Shown here: positions 57,326 through 64,000 of the stretch, in pieces
How the letters are laid out: each line of letters begins with the position of its first letter
Numbering within the stretch: the first letter of the stretch is position 1
IMG/VR virus record: IMGVR_UViG_3300020409_000014
Location: 1 to 64,000 of that record
Strand: one strand, 5' to 3'
Length of the DNA: 64,000 nt
From: a virus
Lineage: Duplodnaviria; Caudoviricetes
The notes under the pieces: model-generated
Told to the model about the DNA's origin: nothing
Databases searched by the model: none
Seen by the model: the letters and a program-made list of their open reading frames with translations, nothing else
Program-made: the position numbers and the translations under genes

Positions 57326-57540
57326 AATCTGTCGTTTAGTAATTGAATTTGCCAGTTATCATCCCCACCGTCTAGTCTATCAACCCAAAACCAGAAGTCA
57401 GGATAGTCAGGTGCTGAGCAAAATACTCTGTGTCCCCTGATCTCCTCAACAATTACCTCATTCTTATTGTTGAGATACTTATTGAATATGTGTTGTGCCT
57501 TATTTGACTTAGGCACTACAAGTGCTCTGTTTTTAAGCAT
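57322..57540 (-). CDS. Small hypothetical protein
   Basis: 72 aa; VVPKSNKA...FWFWV. Confidence 0.78.
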   Translation of the reverse strand: MLKNRALVVPKSNKAQHIFNKYLNNKNEVIVEEIRGHRVFCSAPDYPDFWFWVDRLDGGDDNWQIQLLNDRL

Positions 57541-58375
57541 AGTCTAGTCTAGTGAGTAAGTTGTCTTTAAATGGTTGCATTCGATCAATACACATTTTGT
57601 GATATGTTTCATCTATCTCAAAACCTATGTATTGTCTATTTTCTTCCGCTGATACTTGTGCTGTGGTGCCTGCACCCATAAATGGGTCGAGGACTATATC
57701 ATTGACACCTGACCACGTTTTAATGTGACCTCGTGCCAACTCCTCAGGCATTGTTGCAGGATGTTTATAGGATGCTTTACTACTTTGTCCAAAACCACCA
57801 CTATTTTTAATTCTCCATATGTTTGTCCTTACTCCCCACTCCTTAATAGCGTTACTCTTACGATTAGGGTCATGTGTGGTGCCATCCTTCTTTCGTGATG
57901 TAGCATTGCCCCATGATGTTATCCCTGCCCACTTGTTTTTCTTATCTTGTATCAAGTTGATTGTCTTGGGACGTCCCTTAGATAATATGAAACAATACTC
58001 AAATACTTGAGTATATCTTACTGAGTTGACTCCACTAGCGAATGCTGTGCCTGTTTTCTCATAGATCATTGTGTCATGTAATCTCAACCCGAGATCCATA
58101 AAGTGTAAACATTGACGAAAACTAGATCCAGTTTCAGACCCCTTGATCGTAGCGTCGTTAACATTCCACATTATGACCCCACCGTCCTTGAGCACTCTAA
58201 CTAATCCCTTAGCAACATCCTTGAATACATCAAAATCCCACTTGCTACTATCGTTGTATGTCCTTAGATCATCATATGGTGGGGATGTTACCACCAAATC
58301 TACTGACTGCTCATCCATGAGTTGCATACCTTCTATGCAATTCATTAAGTAAGTGTTGTTAGTTGATATCTTCAT
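57533..58375 (-). CDS. Beta-class amino DNA methyltransferase (second)
   Basis: LVVTSPPYDD (motif IV), HPATMPEELA, VLDPFMGAGTT (motif I), IGFEID. Confidence 0.93.
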   Translation of the reverse strand: MKISTNNTYLMNCIEGMQLMDEQSVDLVVTSPPYDDLRTYNDSSKWDFDVFKDVAKGLVRVLKDGGVIMWNVNDATIKGSETGSSFRQCLHFMDLGLRLHDTMIYEKTGTAFASGVNSVRYTQVFEYCFILSKGRPKTINLIQDKKNKWAGITSWGNATSRKKDGTTHDPNRKSNAIKEWGVRTNIWRIKNSGGFGQSSKASYKHPATMPEELARGHIKTWSGVNDIVLDPFMGAGTTAQVSAEENRQYIGFEIDETYHKMCIDRMQPFKDNLLTRLDYA

Positions 58376-58973
58376 ATACTGTGTGGATAAATTTTTGTGT
58401 CCTTCTTACACTACCAAAGATAGGTGTAATGCACATTTTGTCTTCGTTGTGGACTCTAAGAGTAGAGAATCCATTGTTGTTTTTACCAGTCTTGGTTACT
58501 GAGTCAGTCCATCCAGTTGCGTCATTCATTTTAAGAGATAAGTCAACAATACAAGCAAATACACTTGGAAAGTCATTTTCTCTCTGTGTAAACTTGATGC
58601 AAAATATCTTGTCAACCTTAGTCTTACTATGATTGTTACCAGTAGCGAATGATGATGTGCTACTGCCGAGTGACATTTTATTCTCGATCTCGTGCTCTAA
58701 TAGTATAGCATCATAACCTACAGTCTCCTCAGTAATGTAGTCAACATTCAATTCTTTTGCTGCATCCTCAAGTGCAGGATTAAATATGTTTGCAAGAAAC
58801 TTAGTCTTGTCAACTGTATTGTCTGCACCAAAGAATGAGTCTAGGTCTGGTTTTTTACCACCACTACCGATCTCTAACATTTGTGCAACTCTACTAGTTG
58901 TCAATTCAATCGCTCTTGGGATAATAAGTGATAATGCATCACTTAGTTGTTTGTTGTCTGCTCTGAGTTTCAT
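58359..58973 (-). CDS. Putative PD-(D/E)xK endonuclease (candidate Type II REase)
   Basis: GYD-x7-IENK motif (GYDAILLEHEIENKMS); overlaps the MTase by 17 nt. Confidence 0.5.
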   Translation of the reverse strand: MKLRADNKQLSDALSLIIPRAIELTTSRVAQMLEIGSGGKKPDLDSFFGADNTVDKTKFLANIFNPALEDAAKELNVDYITEETVGYDAILLEHEIENKMSLGSSTSSFATGNNHSKTKVDKIFCIKFTQRENDFPSVFACIVDLSLKMNDATGWTDSVTKTGKNNNGFSTLRVHNEDKMCITPIFGSVRRTQKFIHTVYEDIN

Positions 58974-58996
58974 GTGATTAATGTCTGAATACTCTT

Positions 58997-59053
58997 ATTA
59001 TACTAGTTAACCATGCGGTAGTGTATAATAGTGGTCAGTTTCTCAACTGACAC
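58997..59053 (-). promoter_or_regulatory. Paired-box early promoter, copy 6
   Basis: TGGTCAG-N8-CTGACAC (59032-59053); TATAAT at 58997-59002. Confidence 0.72.
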
Positions 59054-59164
59054 ACTCATTCTATGATAACCTTGTGCAACCAATATCTGACCAGTAACAA
59101 CAGATACTGTTGCTACTCCCCAGAATATGTAATACCACTTTGATTTAATTTGATACCTTTTCAT
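59003..59164 (-). CDS. 53-aa single-TM protein (not in track)
   Basis: MKRYQIKSKWYYIFWGVATVSVVTGQILVAQGYHRMSVSVEKLTTIIHYRMVN. Confidence 0.72.
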   Translation of the reverse strand: MKRYQIKSKWYYIFWGVATVSVVTGQILVAQGYHRMSVSVEKLTTIIHYRMVN

Positions 59165-59166
59165 AA

Positions 59167-60387
59167 TTATATTAGGGCGGTAGGTGCCACTCCTTGAATA
59201 AAGATTTCATCAACAACTCTTTGTAGTCTCTTGACTACTGCACTACCATAGTTATTGTGAATTGGGACTGTTAAGTAACCAGTTGGTTTTTTATAAAACT
59301 GACATGCACCTGCAGGAATGCGTCCCTCAGCAATATTACGAGAGTCCTCTTTGTGCATTCTGATCACTCTACCAATAGTTTGTGCCATTGCAACAATATT
59401 AAGATTTCTCAATAATATACAATGGGTTAGACCATGCACATTGATACCTTCAGATAATATGCTGTAATGCATAACAACAAATTTCTTGTTGTCATCCTTA
59501 CCCCAGTCAGACAATGTTTCCATGAATACTTCACGATTAACTTTCTGATCATTGACATATGCACCATACTTTGATGTTACATGCAAATAGTCATAACCTC
59601 TGAGTCTCAACTGAGATAATAGAGTTGTATGACCTATCATATTACCTAACTGTGCACTACTAGGGACTGCGATCAATACTTTACTAGCGTGATCTTCATC
59701 AAGTCCATCAAGTATCTCAGCAACTGTGTCTGTGTGTGTCTCGTGCATAGTATCCTTCTCTAGTGTGCGATTAGAATTAAATGGCACAATAGTTGGCGAT
59801 ACAATACTACCGTTAGCGATCAACTCTGGTGCAGGGACTGACTCTAATACATGTCCATACACATATGTGTTATTCATACCACGAGTATAGATACCCTCTT
59901 GCTTACGAGCACTACGAGGTGTTGCTGTGAAAAAGTAACACTTCTTTGCTTCAAGACTAGCATCCATAGTTTTAGGGAAAAATCCTCTAGTAACACTATT
60001 GTGTGCTTCATCAAAATAGATACAGTCAATAGCAATGTCACTATCAAGTATCTTATGTAATGAGTGATATGTAGTGAATATAATATTATTGTCATCACTA
60101 TTACCAATAAAATCAGCAATTTTGTCTGACTTAGTTGTGCTGTAATAGTGTGTCTCTCCTGAGTGCACATGAATTACACGTCCCTTGACATGCTCCATGA
60201 AATCATCACACAACTGCTGAGCAAGTAATATGCGTGGTGCAACCACAACAATATTACCAGTAACCTCTTTAGCGTGCTGTATCATGATGAATGTTTTACC
60301 ACCACCAGTAGGCACAATAACTTGTCCTTTATCTGATCTGCTCATAGCATTTAATGCTCTTTGCTGATGTGGGCGAAGTGTAATCAA
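59167..60387 (-). CDS. SF2 DEAD/DEAH-like (ResIII-type) helicase; likely TTG start at 60387
   Basis: LRPHQ (Q motif), PTGGGKT (Walker A), VVAPRILLAQQ, FDEAH, TATP, LSEGINV, QTIGRVIR; the track start (60438) lies upstream of the -10. Confidence 0.9.
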   Translation of the reverse strand: MITLRPHQQRALNAMSRSDKGQVIVPTGGGKTFIMIQHAKEVTGNIVVVAPRILLAQQLCDDFMEHVKGRVIHVHSGETHYYSTTKSDKIADFIGNSDDNNIIFTTYHSLHKILDSDIAIDCIYFDEAHNSVTRGFFPKTMDASLEAKKCYFFTATPRSARKQEGIYTRGMNNTYVYGHVLESVPAPELIANGSIVSPTIVPFNSNRTLEKDTMHETHTDTVAEILDGLDEDHASKVLIAVPSSAQLGNMIGHTTLLSQLRLRGYDYLHVTSKYGAYVNDQKVNREVFMETLSDWGKDDNKKFVVMHYSILSEGINVHGLTHCILLRNLNIVAMAQTIGRVIRMHKEDSRNIAEGRIPAGACQFYKKPTGYLTVPIHNNYGSAVVKRLQRVVDEIFIQGVAPTALI

Positions 60388-60408
60388 TGTATTCGTGTCG
60401 TTGAAATC

Positions 60409-60464
60409 ATTATAACACAAAAATGGGGTGCTGTGCACCCCTCAGACAGTTATTTAATTGGCAC
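60409..60464 (-). promoter_or_regulatory. Paired-box early promoter, copy 7
   Basis: CAGACAG-N8-TTGGCAC (60443-60464); TATAAT at 60409-60414. Confidence 0.68.
60419..60441 (-). terminator. Terminator-like hairpin embedded in promoter copy 7
   Basis: GGGGTGC-ACA-GCACCCC followed by ATTTTT. Confidence 0.68.
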
Positions 60465-60529
60465 AAATAGGTGGGACGAAACAAACATAATAAAGAATGT
60501 TGTTTCGCCTCTAATATAATAGCATATAA

Positions 60530-60856
60530 TTATCTCTTGTCAACCTCTGGTAACATATCATTTCCAGGATGATCGTCGATCTTCCCTTTGTATGACTTAC
60601 CATATTGCTTAATTGCTTCGACTTCTACGTCTCCCCATTGGTTAGGATATACACATATACAACATTTATTATATTTCCTTCGTGCTCCCTCTGGATTTAA
60701 TTTCTTCCCTACACAAATAGTGATATACTCATCACTAACAAATTCAATAGTCCCCTCTAGACCATCAAATTTTGCTTTACGTCCTACCTCTAGATGTTTC
60801 ATAATGTTTCGTAACTCTATTCGGTCGGCATTAGATATGATAAGTGGGATTGTCAT
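60530..60856 (-). CDS. Hypothetical protein
   Basis: 108 aa; EGTIEFVSDEYITICV...CCICVYPNQW. Confidence 0.8.
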   Translation of the reverse strand: MTIPLIISNADRIELRNIMKHLEVGRKAKFDGLEGTIEFVSDEYITICVGKKLNPEGARRKYNKCCICVYPNQWGDVEVEAIKQYGKSYKGKIDDHPGNDMLPEVDKR

Positions 60857-61025
60857 CTAATATCTCTTGTTTAAGATGTAGTTTGTCAATAATTTGTGAG
60901 ATCAAATCTAAATCTCCTTGGGGCACTCCGCTGTAGTCCTTATACATTTTTGCTTGATAGACAAACAAACATTTTCTAATCAGATTTTTCTCGCTCTCTT
61001 GTAAGATTTGATCTTTAGCAAACAT
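60831..61025 (-). CDS. Small hypothetical protein
   Basis: 64 aa from MFAKDQIL. Confidence 0.65.
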   Translation of the reverse strand: MFAKDQILQESEKNLIRKCLFVYQAKMYKDYSGVPQGDLDLISQIIDKLHLKQEILDDNPTYHI

Positions 61026-61069
61026 GAGTCCCTCCATCATTATCAATATTTAGTATAACTAACCACAAA

Positions 61070-61786
61070 TCACTTTGTCCAGAATAACAGGGTTTGCTCA
61101 TACATTAATTCTTTGACTTTAGAGGGATTCATCCCTGCTACTCCTAGATCATCCTCTGTGTATGGATGCTTAAGTTTACTTGCTACATCCAATAACTCAT
61201 TACGTTGCTCTATCCCCATAAACTTGAATGCCATCATATATCTATTCCATAAGAAATATGGTGTAGGTGTGCGTCCTGAGTGTGGTATTCTACCATCAAA
61301 AATGACCACTCTACCTGGTTTTGGGACGACTGCGTGGACTATATCTAACTTATCATCATAAAATATAGTCTCCCCACCATAATTAGGTATCCAATACTCA
61401 TTCATATAAACTATCATAGTGCATTGATTATCACACCAGTATGGTGCATCACAATGTATGCGTGGTGCATCCCCATGCTTGAGCACATTCATGTATGCAC
61501 TATATAATGTTTCTCTGGCAGGTACGGGCACATGTGAGCATGCTTCGAGTCTGTCTAACACCCATTGATATAGATGATGACCTGAGCATTGATCGAAAGG
61601 TTTACTTCCATGATGATCTACTGAATAGAAATCATGTGTATAATATGTCCCTCTAAGATCAACCTCTTCCATGTTAGTTTGTGGCAAATCTTGGCGTCCA
61701 TGATAATAAGGTAACTCTATTGCTTGACGACACAAATCACTATCCAATATATCTGTGTCATATATTTTAATTAATGGATGCTTCAT
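61070..61786 (-). CDS. 2OG-Fe(II) oxygenase (prolyl-hydroxylase-like)
   Basis: PRIHCD, TMIVYMNEYW..NYGGETIFY, PKPGRVVIFDGRIPHSG, RYMMAFK. Confidence 0.9.
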   Translation of the reverse strand: MKHPLIKIYDTDILDSDLCRQAIELPYYHGRQDLPQTNMEEVDLRGTYYTHDFYSVDHHGSKPFDQCSGHHLYQWVLDRLEACSHVPVPARETLYSAYMNVLKHGDAPRIHCDAPYWCDNQCTMIVYMNEYWIPNYGGETIFYDDKLDIVHAVVPKPGRVVIFDGRIPHSGRTPTPYFLWNRYMMAFKFMGIEQRNELLDVASKLKHPYTEDDLGVAGMNPSKVKELMYEQTLLFWTK

Positions 61787-62496
61787 TCTATAAAACCAAT
61801 AGTATTATTAAACTCATCATATCCTCCTCTGTCTATGTTAGTCATTTCATATGCTGTGACATTCATAGTCATGACATATCTATTGCTATCACTATTGTTT
61901 GCCCCTGTCCTATGCTTTAACCAACCAGGAAAATATACAACATCATTTGTTTTTACTGGTATATCTATCCAATGGTCTTGTCTAGGCATTTCATAACCAT
62001 CATCAACAGGTTCTGCATACTTAAATATATGCAAAGGGTTAAGAATTTGCAGGTTACCACTACCTTCTGGCACATCTAAGTATGCACAAATTGCAACGGT
62101 GACATTGTGGTGATGATGCTCTAAGGTTGTTGCCTTGGGTGGGTGTCTATTAATCCAACTCTCTGTCATATTACGATAGACACCTTTAAGTGACCACATA
62201 TCCCAAACCTGATCAACAATACTAGGAATATGATTGTTAGTCAGATCATCAAATACTCTCCACCCATGTGGGGGGTCATGACGACATCTACCAACTGACG
62301 AGACACCACCAACTTCTAGTGCTGAGTTTTTGTATATTGAATTAGGACTCTCTATAAAATCTAAAAACACATCCGTCTCTCCCTTGATATCTTTCCAAAT
62401 ATCTGAGAGATTATAATGTGATCGAAATATGAATGGATATGGATTAATAGATGTTATACCATTTCCAATCGACTGGTCTGGTAATGCTGTGAGCAT
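61783..62496 (-). CDS. 2OG-Fe(II) oxygenase-like (TIGR02466 type); likely start at 62496
   Basis: ESWINRH, LEHHHH, AYLDVPEGSGNL, VYFPGWLKHRT..N.S...RYVMTMN. Confidence 0.87.
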   Translation of the reverse strand: MLTALPDQSIGNGITSINPYPFIFRSHYNLSDIWKDIKGETDVFLDFIESPNSIYKNSALEVGGVSSVGRCRHDPPHGWRVFDDLTNNHIPSIVDQVWDMWSLKGVYRNMTESWINRHPPKATTLEHHHHNVTVAICAYLDVPEGSGNLQILNPLHIFKYAEPVDDGYEMPRQDHWIDIPVKTNDVVYFPGWLKHRTGANNSDSNRYVMTMNVTAYEMTNIDRGGYDEFNNTIGFIE

Positions 62497-63166
62497 GATA
62501 TAAAGAGTAGTGGTGGACTGGGATGCTGAGAGATATTCTCTCTTCGCTTGGTTGTGCTTGATGATAACAACGTGGTGGTATGTATAATGCGTCCCCTGCA
62601 TTTAACTCCACATCTATGGCAGGTGTAAAACTATCATAGTCAACCTGTGCATCACCTGGCGTTGCTTGAGCAACAAATGTTGCTCTCCTCTCATTAAATA
62701 CTTTCCATTTAGTTTTACCTCTCAACTGGACTATGAAATTATTAGGCAAGTCCTCATGTATATAGAAACTATTTGACTGACCCATCCCACAATATATTTG
62801 AAACTGACTATCTCCTGAGAATATCTTAGACCATTGATCTACCATGTCCATGATCTTCTCACTTCTAAATGAATAGTTATTGATAATAAATGTGTGTCCC
62901 TCTTTGAATAAATGAAATAGCTCGCTCTTCTCTTCCCATCCTTGTCCTGCCCATGATCTTGGATGCTTTTGTGGGTTTATCTTTTGTATCTCATGTTTAC
63001 TTACTACATCTATGTCAAAGAAATTGGGCAAATTAAGGCAATATTCGACATCTTTCCATGTGCATATATCATCACACTCTTTCTTATCTAAGACTTGCTC
63101 ATAATAATATGGCAAATCCTGATCCCAATTTCTATCAAATAATTTAAGCGGAAGTAAGAATGTCAT
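62444..63166 (-). CDS. JmjC / Cupin_4 family oxygenase
   Basis: FYIHEDLPNNFIVQLRGKTKWKV...LNAGDALYIPPRCYHQA...RISLS. Confidence 0.85.
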   Translation of the reverse strand: MTFLLPLKLFDRNWDQDLPYYYEQVLDKKECDDICTWKDVEYCLNLPNFFDIDVVSKHEIQKINPQKHPRSWAGQGWEEKSELFHLFKEGHTFIINNYSFRSEKIMDMVDQWSKIFSGDSQFQIYCGMGQSNSFYIHEDLPNNFIVQLRGKTKWKVFNERRATFVAQATPGDAQVDYDSFTPAIDVELNAGDALYIPPRCYHQAQPSEERISLSIPVHHYSLYHAHSITRPVDWKWYNIY

Positions 63167-63818
63167 GTGGCATCCCCCTAAAATTAAAATTCAATACTAT
63201 TCTATACTGATTGATCTTTGGATTAGATGATGCGTGGAATCTATTACCATTAAACAATACAAACTTATTTTCTTCTGGTCTGTGTCTCTCTGCTACTGTG
63301 TAATTCTGTGTAAATATATCATTGATACGTTTGTTTACGTCTCCATTGGGGTTATCGCATTGATCAAATAATACAGTATCTCCATCACTATCGTGGAAAT
63401 AATATATACCAGTCATGTGCTTACTATCATGATCTGTATGTGGTGTATTATAATCTTCTACAACATGATTATGATGTAGCATTGCTAATCTTAATCTAAA
63501 CAATTCAAATGTGCCACGTCCTAACCTATCTTGTAAAGTATCTACGATAGGGATAAAGAGATCATAATAATTTGAGACTGGTTGTCCATCATGAAATAAT
63601 ACATGAGTCCATCCCACACTAGTTTGTTTAGGTGGCGATTTCAGATCGGTGTCATCAGTATTAAGATTAACGTTACCAAACTGATAATTATATCCACTAC
63701 CAAACGTAACATCATGTGGTAGGAAATACCAAGGAAATCCCCTTGACGTCATTGTATCTATTAATCTATTCAGATACGTCTTCGTTAAAAGATTCGATAG
63801 ACTTCTGGATACTACCAT
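63144..63818 (-). CDS. 2OG-Fe(II) oxygenase; likely start at 63818
   Basis: FPWYF, PHTDHD, TGIYYFHDSDGDT, FVLFNGNRFHASS, RIVLNFN. Confidence 0.87.
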   Translation of the reverse strand: MVVSRSLSNLLTKTYLNRLIDTMTSRGFPWYFLPHDVTFGSGYNYQFGNVNLNTDDTDLKSPPKQTSVGWTHVLFHDGQPVSNYYDLFIPIVDTLQDRLGRGTFELFRLRLAMLHHNHVVEDYNTPHTDHDSKHMTGIYYFHDSDGDTVLFDQCDNPNGDVNKRINDIFTQNYTVAERHRPEENKFVLFNGNRFHASSNPKINQYRIVLNFNFRGMPHDILTSA

Positions 63819-64000
63819 AATTAATATGCTTAGAGTATAATGTAATGTTAAATGAATATGATATTCTCTCTTCACTACTTTTATTTGTTTCGACCTTATG
63901 TAACATGTCTGCAGGAAATATAAACAACTGATCTGGTTTAGGGTCGTATGCAGCTACTTCATAATTTAATGGATTTGTGCCATTATCATAGTTATGTCCT
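63766..64000 (-). CDS. C-terminal part of another TIGR02466-type oxygenase (truncated, not in track)
   Basis: Hand translation ...PKPDQLFIFPADMLHKVETNKSSEERISYSFNITL...; stop TAG at 63766. Confidence 0.8.
   Translation of the reverse strand, partial: GHNYDNGTNPLNYEVAAYDPKPDQLFIFPADMLHKVETNKSSEERISYSFNITLYSKHINYGSIQKSIESFNEDVSE

Noticed and set aside
5185-59999. Minus-strand alternative-frame ORFs nested in large genes (e.g. 5185, 13804, 27363, 43515, 59874)
   Set aside because: Off-frame by-products of codon bias, with no motifs or supported starts
48330-60464. Repeated palindromic elements as a possible CRISPR or mini-array
   Set aside because: Spacing is irregular (0.5-3.9 kb), the intervals are genes, and each copy has a -10 box, so they are promoters
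406-61996. Plus-strand ORFs in the track (e.g. 406-801, 6645-7142, 13224-13742)
   Set aside because: All lie antisense to long, clearly coding minus-strand genes and have shadow-frame composition
62444-63818. Two identical 53-nt gene overlaps in the oxygenase array
   Set aside because: Depends on uncertain start assignments and the overlaps share no sequence; probably coincidence
1-64000. tRNA, rRNA or integrase/transposase genes
   Set aside because: None recognised; intergenic gaps are short and explained by small ORFs, promoters or terminators

Overview
64 kb of an AT-rich T4-like marine cyanomyovirus (Kyanoviridae-type) genome; essentially all genes lie on the minus strand, and the plus-strand ORFs in the track are shadows. 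Bases 1-47.9 kb are a late structural module. In transcription order it holds an NlpC/P60 protein, an AbrB-like protein, a 1223-aa protein, PAAR, gp25, gp6, a giant 7343-aa gp7-like protein, a YHYH protein, a gp9/10-like protein, gp8, a DUF4815 protein and a tail fibre truncated by the window edge. Bases 48-61 kb are an early accessory region of tiny ORFs, two beta-class amino-methyltransferases, a candidate PD-(D/E)xK nuclease and an SF2 helicase, arranged in cassettes headed by a repeated paired-box promoter element. Bases 61-64 kb are a tandem run of 2OG-Fe(II)/cupin genes. The most striking observation is about 8 helical repeats in the gp7-like protein whose motifs fall in register with phycobiliproteins, including apparent equivalents of the Cys84 and beta-Cys155 bilin-attachment sites. 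This suggests a possibly bilin-binding virion protein. All family assignments come from motif recognition by eye; no searches were run.
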